Shown here piece by piece: positions 16,233 through 25,891 of a stretch of 31,358 nucleotides of DNA (position 1 is the stretch's first letter; every line of letters starts with the position of its first letter). The notes below the pieces were generated by a model. The model did not search any database. It saw only the letters and a program-made list of their open reading frames with translations, and had not been told where the DNA came from. This stretch comes from an uncultured virus (IMG/VR IMGVR_UViG_3300032677_000013). Its lineage: Duplodnaviria; Heunggongvirae; Uroviricota; Caudoviricetes. The translations under genes were made by a program, and so were the position numbers. The DNA is taken from the IMG/VR virus record IMGVR_UViG_3300032677_000013; one strand, given 5' to 3'.

Positions 16233-17748
16233 TCCGAATGGCAGACATGGCCTTGCGCCTTACCTCATCATCGATGGCGTTTAGCCTTTCCACCTTGCGG
16301 CCCCTGCGCTTTGTAGGGGCGCTATCATGGGCGCTTTCAGGAGCAGGCTCTGGCACCATCCGCTCTGGAACGGGCGGCTCGTATTCCGCAATCGCTTCAA
16401 AATCCAAATTGAGCGGCGATGCAAAAATCCTTTTATTATTGTTGATATTATCGCTAGCCCATTCCAGCAATTGCGCCTTGGCCTCAGAAGGCACCATAGG
16501 AGCGAAAACCTCCACAACGGCGATAATGGCCTTTAGGACAACATCCTCGCCCTGCATCTTCTCGCTGTCGGTCTCTTCGAGCAGATTAGGCCATTCAGCG
16601 TGGAAACTATTCCGCCATTCATTAAATGCGGCGGAATAAGACACGTTACCATATTCTTCAGGATATTTCTCCTGAACCGTGGCGTAGAAGTCCTCGTTCC
16701 AAGCGCGATACATGACTATCTCGGTCATGAAATCATAAAGCGGCTGCATCCATTGACGAATGCCGTCAATAAACTGCGCGATGGCCTTGGCGTCTTCTGT
16801 GCCCTCTCCAAAGCCCTCAGCGAATGTCTCGGTTAGGAGCAGCTTGGCAGGCGTGCCACAAGCCGACGCGATATTCTCGATGATATTTTTGCGCGCAAGG
16901 GAAAATGCGCCATCAAGATTTTGCAGATTAAGGCTCTCGATGCTCTCGGTGGTGCCGATAGATAAAACATTACCCACCTGCGCATCTTTAAGCATTTGCC
17001 GCTTCTGGCTGAAAATACGCATCATCGGCGCATCAACTGCGCTCGACTGGCTTTCCATTTTGGTGATGAGCAATCCCGCCTTGGTCGCCACCATCATATC
17101 GGTTGCCATTGTCATGAGAAATGACTTTAGCGGGAATAGACCGCGCTGATAAACCGACCGGCCAACAAAGCCAAAGCCAGCGCTTTCATATGCGATGTAG
17201 ATCGGGGCCTCGTTCATCAGCACGCAAACGCGCGAGCGATGGTAAGGCTTGCCTGAAACGCTAACGCCAGTGACCTTTTGGAAGTCCAAAGCATTAGGGT
17301 CTTGATTAAGCACCAAGCTGCCCGCCGTGTTGAGCGGGTCAAAGGTGCTGATTGCCATGCTCGCGCCGTATAGCTTTTTAAAGTCTACAGGCTCTTGCGT
17401 GTCTTCGTCTTTTACCACAAGGCCGAGTGTGGAAATGCCGTAAATGCGCGCAGTCCGGGCGGCGTTAATAATATGGTTATCCGCCTTTAGTGCTTTCCAT
17501 TCCTGATTGAATGACTCCACCAGCATTAGCCCGTCATTAGGCGCCTTGGGCACGGTGATTTCGCGCGGCTTATATGTTGCCATATATAGCGGGAAATCAA
17601 CAATTTTTTGACCAAAAGGATGATATAAATACAGGGTTTTGCAAATAGAATAAGACGCTGATGAACCCGGCACAATATCATCGGAGTTCATTATAGCTTG
17701 CAATTCAGAGCCAAAAGTCTCCGTTCCATTGATGACATTGCTGGCCAT
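16219..17748 (-). CDS. Portal protein (DUF1073 family)
   Basis: 509 aa. ARIYG, DPNALDFQK, YHRSRV, GFVGRSVYQR and IASACGTPAKLL motifs. Upstream of the gpF-like gene. Confidence 0.85.
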   Translation of the reverse strand: MASNVINGTETFGSELQAIMNSDDIVPGSSASYSICKTLYLYHPFGQKIVDFPLYMATYKPREITVPKAPNDGLMLVESFNQEWKALKADNHIINAARTARIYGISTLGLVVKDEDTQEPVDFKKLYGASMAISTFDPLNTAGSLVLNQDPNALDFQKVTGVSVSGKPYHRSRVCVLMNEAPIYIAYESAGFGFVGRSVYQRGLFPLKSFLMTMATDMMVATKAGLLITKMESQSSAVDAPMMRIFSQKRQMLKDAQVGNVLSIGTTESIESLNLQNLDGAFSLARKNIIENIASACGTPAKLLLTETFAEGFGEGTEDAKAIAQFIDGIRQWMQPLYDFMTEIVMYRAWNEDFYATVQEKYPEEYGNVSYSAAFNEWRNSFHAEWPNLLEETDSEKMQGEDVVLKAIIAVVEVFAPMVPSEAKAQLLEWASDNINNNKRIFASPLNLDFEAIAEYEPPVPERMVPEPAPESAHDSAPTKRRGRKVERLNAIDDEVRRKAMSAIRIVGN

Positions 17749-17760
17749 GATTTTTCCTAA

Positions 17761-17913
17761 TTATTGTGCAGGGGCTTCCGGCGCGGCGGCGGGAAGCTGT
17801 GTCCATATCTTCTGCAACAAAGGCCAAGCATTACTGCTGGTGGGCAATTGGCCGAGAACGTTAATAATGTCCTTAACTTCAGCTTCAGTCAGCGTGATTG
17901 TTACATTGTCCAT
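17761..17913 (-). CDS. Small fibre-associated protein (50 aa, possible chaperone)
   Basis: Not in the ORF track: MDNVTITLTEAEVKDIINVLGQLPTSSNAWPLLQKIWTQLPAAAPEAPAQ*. Fills the gap between the fibre module and the portal. Confidence 0.65.
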   Translation of the reverse strand: MDNVTITLTEAEVKDIINVLGQLPTSSNAWPLLQKIWTQLPAAAPEAPAQ

Positions 17914-17925
17914 TGCGAGTGGCCT

Positions 17926-18558
17926 TTATTGCGGGAGAATTAGAAAGAAGCTAGAGCCCGAGGAAGGATAACCTTGCTTGAATGAAAAAGCTAAAGACGA
18001 AAATGTGAGCGCGTCACTTATAGTAGACGTCCGCGATGTAGAAGTGCCAGCGGTAGATTGAGCCTCATCAACAACGCGAAGGCCGTAGTAGGTTAATGCC
18101 GTCGCCCCCGATGCCCTTGACGTGGTGCTAGTAGGCGTTGTTGGTATATCGCCGTTGGAACTGTTACTTACCGTAAAGAGAGATATGAGCAGGTCATAAG
18201 TCGATGTGGTGGTTTGCGTGTTAGTCGAAATGGAAGTTGCGGAACTTGATGAGTTGTAAGTCGCCGCAACGTCAAAGCCCGCTATAGTGCTGTAGGCCAG
18301 CATAACAGCCGAGCCAGAACTAAGCGTCATCGAAACCGACGATTCACTGCTACCGGCGAATTTATAAAACGCGCTTGCATGAGTGCCGTTAGTGCTTATC
18401 GCAGTCCATCCCGTCGGCGTTGAAGGGGTGGCACTAGCAGCTACGCATATGACAAGAAGATTGCCCGATGCATAACCGGACGGGACCGGGATAGTCGCCG
18501 TGCCCGAGCCAACCTGTTGAACGGCACCAGCGCCGATAAAGGACCATATCTGTGCCAT
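17926..18558 (-). CDS. Ser/Thr-rich beta-sandwich protein, putative fibre tip/adhesin
   Basis: Start MAQIW at 18558 overlaps the fibre stop (TAATG). PSGYASGNLLVI...TPTGWT...AFYKFAGSSE pattern. Confidence 0.65.
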   Translation of the reverse strand: MAQIWSFIGAGAVQQVGSGTATIPVPSGYASGNLLVICVAASATPSTPTGWTAISTNGTHASAFYKFAGSSESSVSMTLSSGSAVMLAYSTIAGFDVAATYNSSSSATSISTNTQTTTSTYDLLISLFTVSNSSNGDIPTTPTSTTSRASGATALTYYGLRVVDEAQSTAGTSTSRTSTISDALTFSSLAFSFKQGYPSSGSSFFLILPQ

Positions 18559-20951
18559 TATGAAAGCGCTATCACATCCCAAACGGTTGTGGCTGAATTA
18601 TACATGCAGCCCACATAAAGCGGCTTGGTGGAACTGCCATTTGTTATCGTGGGCAAGGTAATGCCGTCGGCATTGTATTGCGTGCCCCATGATAGCGTCT
18701 GGCTTGTGCCATTGTCTGTAATGCGGAGAATAAGGCTCTGCCCGTTTACAGGGGTGCCGCTCGGGTTTGCAATGGTGGCCGATGTAGACAGGCCGGTGAC
18801 ATAATAAACATTGCAGGTGCCGGGAGGTGTGATAGTCGACGTGGACGTTGTGCCGCTCACTGTGGGGATAAACAGCGGGGTGGTAACGCTGGTGGTGAAA
18901 TTAGGCGCGGTGGAGCTGATCGAAGTCGTCCAAGCCGAACCTGTGGAAACCGGAATACCAGCTCCGGGATAAACCTGCGTTCCAGCAGGGCCGGTGGGGC
19001 CAGTCGGGCCAGTTGGGCCGTAAGGGCCAGCAGATCCGGTAGGGCCGACAACACTAGCGCCAGCAGAGCCCGTGGGGCCCGTCGTTCCTGTTGGACCAGT
19101 TGGACCGTAAACACCCGCAGAGCCCGTAGGACCAGTCGGGCCAGTGCTACCCGCTGAACCTGTGGGGCCGGTAGTGCCTGCAACACCCTGAGCGCCAACG
19201 GGGCCTGTCGGTCCAGTCGGGCCAGTCGGACCCGCAACCGATGAACTTGCGCCCGTGGCGCCGGTCGGACCAGTGGGGCCGGTGCTACCCGCAGTGCCGG
19301 AACTACCCGCAGGGCCGGTGGGGCCCGTTGGACCAGCAACCGAGGATGCAGCGCCGGTCGGGCCTGTAGGACCTGTCGGGCCAATGCCTGTGGGGCCGGT
19401 AGGACCTGTCGGCCCTGCTACAGCCGAGGCGGCTCCGGTTGGACCCGTCGGACCTGTAGGGCCAACGTTGCCGGTCGGGCCGGTCGGGCCAACAACGCCA
19501 ACAATCGAAAACGTCCAGCTAGAATAAGAGCCGGAGCCCACTGTGTAGGCAACGCTAACCGTGATCGATGTATTGGCCGTCAGCGAGGTGATAACCCCCT
19601 CCTGATAAGCGGAGACGTTATTTAGAACACGGACCTGATCGCCAACGGCATAAGCGCCCGTATTGCTGGTGGCAAAAGCCTGAGATCCTATACCAATCGT
19701 CTGCGTCGTGGTTGACGTAACGCCAGCATAGCTAAGGCCAGTTGCGCCGGTAGGGCCGGTGGGGCCTGCAACCGTGCTAGCCGCACCTGTGGGGCCAGTC
19801 GGGCCTGTAGGGCCTTGTGGGCCGCTCGCGCCATCAAGATTGACCGTCCAGCTTGTGAACGTGCCGGAGCCCGTAATAGCTGTTACATTAGCCACTAGAG
19901 CGCCGGTTGCGGTGTTGTAGCTTGTCACCAAGCCCACCATGTAATTGGAAATGCTATTGGCGATGATAATCGGCTGGGCCGGTGTGTAAGCTAGACCAGT
20001 GCCAATAGTCAGAGATTGCGCTCCCGTGGCAATCGTCAAACTGGTGGTGCTAGTCGAAGCGTAATAAGTGCCAGCAGGGCCGGTAGGGCCTGTTGGACCG
20101 TAAGGGCCTGTAGGGCCGGTGTTGCCGACAGTCCCCGTAGGACCAGTGGGGCCAGCAACCGTTGAGGCTGCACCCGTAGGACCAGTCGGACCAGTCGGAC
20201 CAGTCGGACCATTGGGACCGGGCACTGTAGACGCTGCACCTGTAGGACCTGTCGGCCCGGTGGGGCCTGTCGGACCATTGATGCCAGCCATTCCAGTCGG
20301 GCCAGTAGGACCAGCCGGACCATTAGCACCAGCAGCGCCAGTAGGCCCGGTGCTGCCTGCCGATCCCGTCGGACCCGTAGGACCGGAGTTAGGCGCAACC
20401 CAAGCCATTACTCCCGATGTCGATGCAGACAAAACGTAGTTATTGGCGGCAGGGCCAGCAGGAGGCAAAGTGTAGGTGGCCGAGGCCGTTGCAGATGCGC
20501 TTGGCTGAATAATGGTCGTTTGCGAATTGCTGTTGAACGTTAGTGTTGTCGCAGTGGCCGCGCCGATATTGGGCGTGGTGAATGAGGGGCTAATAGTCAG
20601 AGCAACGGTTGATCCCGTCCCGCTTACGCCATAGCTTGAAAGCCAAGAAGAGCCGCTGGAATAGACCAGACCAGCAGAAGGAAACGAAAAGCTATTGGGC
20701 GAACTGATGGTAATGCCGCCCGAGGCATTCGTGATATTAATACCAGAGCCAGCGGTCAGATTTGCAAGGGTGAACGTCCCGCTTGAAGTGCTGCCAATTA
20801 AAAGCTGGCCGTCCAAGGGAGGCGTTGTAACACCGGTTCCGCCTTGGCTTGCAGGCGCAGGGTAATCAACCTTACCAGACCAAGTGCTATCCCACTCGGC
20901 GGCAGTCGGCACATAACCTGTCGTCCAGCCGGGATTCGATGGTGTTGACAT
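18558..20951 (-). CDS. Collagen-like (Gly-Pro-Thr) fibre protein
   Basis: 797 aa with three GPT-rich G-X-Y tracts separated by two similar ~75 aa beta modules. C-terminal [30 protein letters not shown] adaptor-type domain. Confidence 0.8.
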   Translation of the reverse strand: MSTPSNPGWTTGYVPTAAEWDSTWSGKVDYPAPASQGGTGVTTPPLDGQLLIGSTSSGTFTLANLTAGSGINITNASGGITISSPNSFSFPSAGLVYSSGSSWLSSYGVSGTGSTVALTISPSFTTPNIGAATATTLTFNSNSQTTIIQPSASATASATYTLPPAGPAANNYVLSASTSGVMAWVAPNSGPTGPTGSAGSTGPTGAAGANGPAGPTGPTGMAGINGPTGPTGPTGPTGAASTVPGPNGPTGPTGPTGPTGAASTVAGPTGPTGTVGNTGPTGPYGPTGPTGPAGTYYASTSTTSLTIATGAQSLTIGTGLAYTPAQPIIIANSISNYMVGLVTSYNTATGALVANVTAITGSGTFTSWTVNLDGASGPQGPTGPTGPTGAASTVAGPTGPTGATGLSYAGVTSTTTQTIGIGSQAFATSNTGAYAVGDQVRVLNNVSAYQEGVITSLTANTSITVSVAYTVGSGSYSSWTFSIVGVVGPTGPTGNVGPTGPTGPTGAASAVAGPTGPTGPTGIGPTGPTGPTGAASSVAGPTGPTGPAGSSGTAGSTGPTGPTGATGASSSVAGPTGPTGPTGPVGAQGVAGTTGPTGSAGSTGPTGPTGSAGVYGPTGPTGTTGPTGSAGASVVGPTGSAGPYGPTGPTGPTGPAGTQVYPGAGIPVSTGSAWTTSISSTAPNFTTSVTTPLFIPTVSGTTSTSTITPPGTCNVYYVTGLSTSATIANPSGTPVNGQSLILRITDNGTSQTLSWGTQYNADGITLPTITNGSSTKPLYVGCMYNSATTVWDVIALS

Positions 20952-20978
20952 GAAGATTAAATCCGTTCCGAATTTTAA

Positions 20979-22268
20979 TTAAATACCATTGGGCGAGCCA
21001 AGAGCAACACCTAGCGAATAAGCGTAAACGTCTAACAAGTCGTCCGCCCGTCTGGCAGCGTCTTTATCACCAATCCTAAAGCCTGTAACCTGCGAAACCA
21101 AATGATTGCGCGTTATGCCTTTATAGTTGGTGGTTTTATTAAAAGCAAAATCACTGATCTTGCACAGGCCTTGATGATGGTGCGATGAAACCGCAATAGC
21201 GCGCTCATCTTTACCGATGCTTGTGAACTTGGAATCCAGCGGGATTAAAGGCCAGCCCCGGCGTGCGCCATGCTGTAGCAAAACACTACCGCTGGATTTA
21301 TCCTCTATCCAAACACCCCTAACACCCTCCCGAGCGCCGACCTGTTTGCTTAACTCATTAAGCCGGGGCAAAATGACATTAGGCAGCCAAGAGGTGAGAA
21401 GATCAGCCTCGACTTGGATTAAGTCCCAATCCAGAATAACCAGCGGTATGCCAGCATATTGATTGCGCGCCATGTAGATCACGGCGGTGCCATCATTATC
21501 GCTGCCAGTCTTAACGGCGCTATCCACAACCGCAAAAACCCTGTCGCAGTTAGTCGGATAAGCAACCGGCTGCCCGCTATCTAGCCACTTATCTATGCCG
21601 AAGAATGCAACACCAGACCAGTCGACAAACTGGCATTCAATCTCTTGCCTGAAAACGTCCGGGTGCAGTCGCGCCCTTTCAGTCTCCACCCACTCCCGAT
21701 CAACGAGAGGATTCTCCCAGCTTGGCGCGTGATGCTCCACAAAGCCCATCTCAGGGTCATTGCATATGCGCCAAAAGAAGTTCTCAGGATCAATCCCGTT
21801 AGGCGTTGAAAATGCCCATACCGTAGCATTAGGCTTTGTCGCCATCGTGGGGACAAGTGACTTGTGCCATATGTCCAGCATCTGCGAGTTTTTGGTGTAA
21901 GCCGCCTCATCTATCAGGATAAGGTCATATTCACGGCCACGACCAGCCAAGGGGTTATCGGTGGTTTGCCAGAAGTCAGCCTTGCCGCCATTTAAAGCTT
22001 TTATCGTTCCCTCGCTGCGATTGCTCCCGGTTAAGATGGAATGCATCCCGGTCACTATCTCTTCATAGGGCTCTGATAGCTGCTTATAGGTCGGAGCGAA
22101 AAGGCCTACCTTCTGCCCCTTGAATATCGCATCACTTGCTAGGGTGATAATGCCTTTGGTCTTGCCCCATCGACGCCCGCACCGCACCGCATTACGCTTG
22201 CCGCGATTATTCCAGATTGAGACCTGCCCATCATGAAATGTGGGGTATGATACTTCAAGGGTAATCAT
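20979..22268 (-). CDS. terL: Terminase large subunit
   Basis: Walker A CGRRWGKT, Walker B LILIDEAA, coupling motif FSTPNG, nuclease acidic motifs VVDSA, IEDKSSG and DDLLD. Confidence 0.92.
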   Translation of the reverse strand: MITLEVSYPTFHDGQVSIWNNRGKRNAVRCGRRWGKTKGIITLASDAIFKGQKVGLFAPTYKQLSEPYEEIVTGMHSILTGSNRSEGTIKALNGGKADFWQTTDNPLAGRGREYDLILIDEAAYTKNSQMLDIWHKSLVPTMATKPNATVWAFSTPNGIDPENFFWRICNDPEMGFVEHHAPSWENPLVDREWVETERARLHPDVFRQEIECQFVDWSGVAFFGIDKWLDSGQPVAYPTNCDRVFAVVDSAVKTGSDNDGTAVIYMARNQYAGIPLVILDWDLIQVEADLLTSWLPNVILPRLNELSKQVGAREGVRGVWIEDKSSGSVLLQHGARRGWPLIPLDSKFTSIGKDERAIAVSSHHHQGLCKISDFAFNKTTNYKGITRNHLVSQVTGFRIGDKDAARRADDLLDVYAYSLGVALGSPNGI

Positions 22269-22270
22269 GT

Positions 22271-22675
22271 TTAATCGCTCGGCAATCCGCCGTGAGCGAC
22301 TATCCTAACCGTTTTATCCTCATCGCCTGACTTTTTGCCATCAGGGATAAGGCCGTTTAGTTTTGCTAAATCCATAATGGCAAGACGCCATACTGAAAGG
22401 CCTGATGGCTCATCTATGCGCTCTGCCTTTTGCGCCACTCTCATCAGCTCTTGGCTGAGGCTTGCTATTGTGATTTCCGTTTTCTCGGCTGCGTGCTCTT
22501 GTAGCTCTTTAACGCGAGCCTTTATGTTAGCGTTAGTTAGTAATTTGCACCCATTTACTTTGGCGGTAATGGGTATGGCTTTGTAACCGGCCTCCACATA
22601 AGCATCAGCTTGGCTTTTGCCCTTGGCAATGGCTTGCGCAAACCTTTCATGCTTTGGATTTGCTAGGACCGCCAC
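22271..22675 (-). CDS. terS: Terminase small subunit
   Basis: GTG start with SD AAGGAG. LANPKHERFAQAIAKGKSQADAYVEAGY HTH motif. Directly upstream of terL. Confidence 0.85.
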   Translation of the reverse strand: MAVLANPKHERFAQAIAKGKSQADAYVEAGYKAIPITAKVNGCKLLTNANIKARVKELQEHAAEKTEITIASLSQELMRVAQKAERIDEPSGLSVWRLAIMDLAKLNGLIPDGKKSGDEDKTVRIVAHGGLPSD

Positions 22676-22751
22676 TCGGGTAACTCCTTATCCGGCGGTG
22701 ATCTTATTTTGCCGGGTTAGTTGGTATATTCTCCCATGTAGGGATTGCCCT

Positions 22752-22785
22752 AATAAAACGAAACCCCGCCGGTTGAGGGCGAGGC
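22752..22785 (-). terminator. Intrinsic terminator upstream of terS
   Basis: GCCUCGCC-CUCAACC-GGCGGGGU hairpin followed by UUCGUUUUAUU. Confidence 0.65.
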
Positions 22786-22821
22786 GTCGTGCGAAAGCTG
22801 TGAAGGCGTGTCGCACAAAAC

Positions 22822-22849
22822 ACAGTAGATGCTTTTTTCCAGCTGTCAA
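22822..22849 (-). promoter_or_regulatory. Sigma70-type promoter (late, pR'-like candidate)
   Basis: TTGACA (22849-22844) - 16 nt - TACTGT (22827-22822). Confidence 0.55.
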
Positions 22850-23220
22850 ATTAAAACGTGCCCAGCCCGTTTAGGGGCTATGTAATTTACCCACCCTTTA
22901 TTCGCTCGCGTCTCTAGTGATACGCCTTCCAGTGATCGAATAGGATGGGAAGGCTCTTTGTGAGAGAGCCTAAACAAAAGCAAGGGCTTCCACCTGCTGC
23001 CAGTAGATCAGCACCGGATTGCCTCGGCTGCGAGACTACTGTCTGCCCTTGCAAGGGGCAAAGCTCGGAAATGACCGGCGCGCAGGGGTGGGGGATTAGG
23101 CACCCAAGGCACTATTAGGATCGGAGTCCCGGCTTAAGAAAGCGCGAGTAAGGCCCAACTCCCTATCCGCGCTAGTGGTATTTTGAAAAATGCCGTGGCG
23201 CAATTCGCCACTCTGACTAT

Positions 23221-23250
23221 TTGCTATCATGGTCCCGTGCCAATTGTCAA
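23221..23250 (-). promoter_or_regulatory. Sigma70-type promoter downstream of the putative late regulator
   Basis: TTGACA - 18 nt - TAGCAA with an extended TGn, followed by the GTGGCG/CGCCAC hairpin at 23195-23211. Confidence 0.5.
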
Positions 23251-23261
23251 TAGGGATGCAA

Positions 23262-23810
23262 TTAAAAACCACCGATGGCTTTAGCTATTTTATCACCGGC
23301 CTTGCGTAGTTCTGCCATCGCCATTTTATGAATAGATGTTTTAGGCTCAAACCATGTTATTACTCTGCCGTCTTTTCCAATACGCTGGCGCATGATTGAG
23401 CCATATTTAGCCATAGCCCACTGACTGACCGTTTGCTCTTGTATGGTTACTGCTCGGACAATATCGCAAAGGGGGCCAAGCGCTTTATCCATTCGGCCCA
23501 TTTCTAGTATTGCTCTTATAGTGTAAGGCGGTAATCCACCGTCTCCACCTCCCCTTGGTGTCCTATCCAGAGTGCAGCGGGTAGGGGATAAGTCTTGAGC
23601 GATAGCCATGTTGCGGTAATGGGTAAGGGCAGCATATTGCTGGTCTGTTATGTGACCCGCCGCCACCATGACATCAATCACGGGCAATCGGCGGTATGCC
23701 AGCTTGGCGCGGACAAATATCCCTTGGGCCATTTGCTCGTCTGTGGGGGCTACAATATCCACCCGATCTTCAACGGGCTTTGCCTTTTTGACCTTGCGCG
23801 CCTTTGCCAT
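23262..23810 (-). CDS. Putative late-gene transcription regulator (Q-like position)
   Basis: 182 aa basic protein (GHITDQQYAALTHYR...IVRAVTIQEQTVSQWA). Last gene before the late promoters and terminase. Function inferred from position. Confidence 0.55.
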   Translation of the reverse strand: MAKARKVKKAKPVEDRVDIVAPTDEQMAQGIFVRAKLAYRRLPVIDVMVAAGHITDQQYAALTHYRNMAIAQDLSPTRCTLDRTPRGGGDGGLPPYTIRAILEMGRMDKALGPLCDIVRAVTIQEQTVSQWAMAKYGSIMRQRIGKDGRVITWFEPKTSIHKMAMAELRKAGDKIAKAIGGF

Positions 23811-23834
23811 TTTACCCCTCGCTGGATAAATGAT

Positions 23835-24068
23835 TTATCCGCCTTTGCCGCCGATGTAATTATGCCAAGCGTTGAATAGGCGGCGCAGAGCATAAGATCG
23901 TACTAAGGACACAAACGTAAAGACCCCGCCGATTTCAAGGTTAGTGCTGGCGGCGGCGTGTATTCCGAAAATCGGAAACACAATCATTTGCGTCACTACG
24001 GCAATGCTATATCCGATAGTTGTGTTTGCAAGCGCCTCAAGCGCTGAGTGCTTTTTTGATTGCGTCAT
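23835..24068 (-). CDS. Small two-TM phage membrane protein (DUF7220-like)
   Basis: MTQSKKHSALEALANTTIGY...FPIFG...SLVRSYALRRLFN, a recognisable phage family. Confidence 0.7.
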   Translation of the reverse strand: MTQSKKHSALEALANTTIGYSIAVVTQMIVFPIFGIHAAASTNLEIGGVFTFVSLVRSYALRRLFNAWHNYIGGKGG

Positions 24069-24253
24069 TTTATGCCATTAAATTCATATTCATCATTTAT
24101 AATCGCGGGATTTACGCCAATCAATTCGCCGCGCCTATATCTTTCGCGCAATTTATCCCGAGATTCACCGTTGGCAATGTAGCCTAATGCTTTGCCATTG
24201 GAAACACCGGGTTTGGGCTCTGGTGGGGGCTTATCGGAGAATAAGTCATTCAT
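24065..24253 (-). CDS. Hypothetical protein
   Basis: 62 aa ORF coupled to the downstream gene by an ATGA overlap. Confidence 0.6.
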   Translation of the reverse strand: MNDLFSDKPPPEPKPGVSNGKALGYIANGESRDKLRERYRRGELIGVNPAIINDEYEFNGIK

Positions 24254-24473
24254 TAGTATAATTCATGTAAAACTCATTATCTTCAGATTTATCAAGATAA
24301 TTTGTATAATCTTTATTAAATTTATCAAGCAATTCTACCCATACTTTATTGCTACCTAGCTCTGGGTAATTGCAATATGTATGTTGCAAGATAGCGTTGA
24401 CGTCATTCCAGCTTTACAATAGATTTTCTAAAGGCAGAAAAACTACTTCGTTTTCATGATTGATTTCGGACAT
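24246..24473 (-). pseudogene. AT-rich small gene interrupted by one in-frame TAA
   Basis: MSEINHENEVVFLPLENLL*SWNDVNAILQHTYCNYPELGSNKVWVELLDKFNKDYTNYLDKSEDNEFYMNYTNE*. Its start overlaps the helicase stop and its end overlaps the next start. Internal TAA at 24414-24416. Confidence 0.55.
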
Positions 24474-25891
24474 TATTTTATCTCCACAAAAGTGCTGTTT
24501 CTAAAATCAAACGTAACATTGACCGTGCCGCGCCTGCCCGGCATTCCCATGCGGACTTTTGTAATGACAATTTGCGCCTCGTTCTGATCGAAGTTCTTGC
24601 GGTGATAGGTCAGCCCATATTCTGGCTTGTTCGCCCAGTGTGCACTGCCAGAAATCTCATATAGGCCGGGGATAATCTTAACCCCCGGCTGTGGCTTGGC
24701 AGGGTGCGCAATAATCCAAAATGCCACATCATGCGTCTTTGCAAAGTGCTTTATCGCCCTAATGGAGCGCCCGATATATTCCGTCTCGGATTCATCGCGG
24801 CGGCGCTTGTGTTCTATTTCGTTCCACGGATCAAGGACGATCATTTTTGCACCGTGTCGTTTCACCGCCAGCGAGGCAAGGCGCAGGAACTCTTCCAAGT
24901 CCATTTCCATGCCTTCGTCCACCGTCTGCGAAATGATGGTAAGGCGCTCGCGCAAAAGCTGATCGACTTCGCGCAAGTCTCGGTTCGGCAAATCGTGCTT
25001 ACCGCACTTTAGCAACGCCATGCGAAGGCCATCCCTCAGGATGGGCTTAACGTCCGTCTCAAAGCTGGCGACGCAAACCGGGAAGTGCTTGGCTAGCGTA
25101 TGGCCGATAATCGCGTTTAGCAGGGTGGATTTACCCATATTGGCGTATCCGGTGACGACTGTAAGCGTTCCCGGCACGATACGGATCATGTCATCAATGG
25201 CGTCCACTCCAACGCTGTAGGAACGGATTTCGCCGCGCTCGGGAAAGTCGTCTAGCGTGTAAAGCCCCTGCACCGGGTATGGCTTAGCCGTGGTTATGCA
25301 GTCAACTACGCGCTCGGGGCCATATTCCTGCAAAACCTCGTTCAAATCTTTACAGGGGAATGGGTAGTCAATGAACCTGCATCGCTCTGCCCCCAAAAGA
25401 GCCACAAGATCGGCGGCAAGGTTATATCCTGCCGGGTCGGCGTCGGCGGCAATCACAAACTCTTTTACGCCAGCCAGAGAATCGGCATGGCGGTCAACCC
25501 ATTCATACCGCTTTGCAGTATCTAGGTTCTCAGTCGGCTTTCCGGGCGCTCCGTTGGGAACCGACACGGCGTATTGAAAACCCGCTTGAATTGCCGCCAG
25601 TGCGTCCCATTCCCCCTCGGTTATCACCAGCGGAGCGTGCCCGTTCCGAACCTTGGCTTCGCTCAGGCAATCGGCGTTCCATAGCGATAGAGGAGAGCCG
25701 CTGTCCATTCGGTGATCTTTTTCCGAGATCAACCGATATTTGTGATTTATGGTTTCCGCCCCCTCCCGGTAGGGCACCGCCAGCCAATTCTTTCCGTCTC
25801 GCAATACCGTTTTCAGGCCGTATTCCTCTGCAAGAGTCGGATCGAGAGCGCGAGCCATCAGCCATTCCGCGTGCTTGGGGTGAAGTGTCAT
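24473..25891 (-). CDS. Toprim primase-SF4 (DnaB-like) helicase, T7 gp4/Twinkle-like, lacking the N-terminal zinc domain
   Basis: Start MTLHPK at 25891 with SD AGGAG. Toprim VITEGEWDAL, DAD and CKDLNE. Walker A TGYANMGKST, LDPWN, IAHP and ISGSAHW. Confidence 0.88.
   Translation of the reverse strand: MTLHPKHAEWLMARALDPTLAEEYGLKTVLRDGKNWLAVPYREGAETINHKYRLISEKDHRMDSGSPLSLWNADCLSEAKVRNGHAPLVITEGEWDALAAIQAGFQYAVSVPNGAPGKPTENLDTAKRYEWVDRHADSLAGVKEFVIAADADPAGYNLAADLVALLGAERCRFIDYPFPCKDLNEVLQEYGPERVVDCITTAKPYPVQGLYTLDDFPERGEIRSYSVGVDAIDDMIRIVPGTLTVVTGYANMGKSTLLNAIIGHTLAKHFPVCVASFETDVKPILRDGLRMALLKCGKHDLPNRDLREVDQLLRERLTIISQTVDEGMEMDLEEFLRLASLAVKRHGAKMIVLDPWNEIEHKRRRDESETEYIGRSIRAIKHFAKTHDVAFWIIAHPAKPQPGVKIIPGLYEISGSAHWANKPEYGLTYHRKNFDQNEAQIVITKVRMGMPGRRGTVNVTFDFRNSTFVEIK

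Noticed and set aside
16219..17748. Anti-CBASS (Acb1) function for the DUF1073 protein
   Set aside because: No HxT/HxS phosphodiesterase pair is visible. Size and synteny indicate a plain portal.
18980..20390. Repeated DNA in the collagen gene as a DGR or CRISPR signal
   Set aside because: Repeats are codon-level with variable third positions. No reverse transcriptase or adenine-specific TR/VR pair is seen in the window.
19255..20439. Plus-strand GPV 'collagen' ORFs
   Set aside because: Reverse-complement artefact of the GPT codons in the fibre gene.
23044..23060. Second tRNA (Ala-UGC)
   Set aside because: Only an anticodon-like arm. No acceptor stem, D/T arms or CCA could be built around it.
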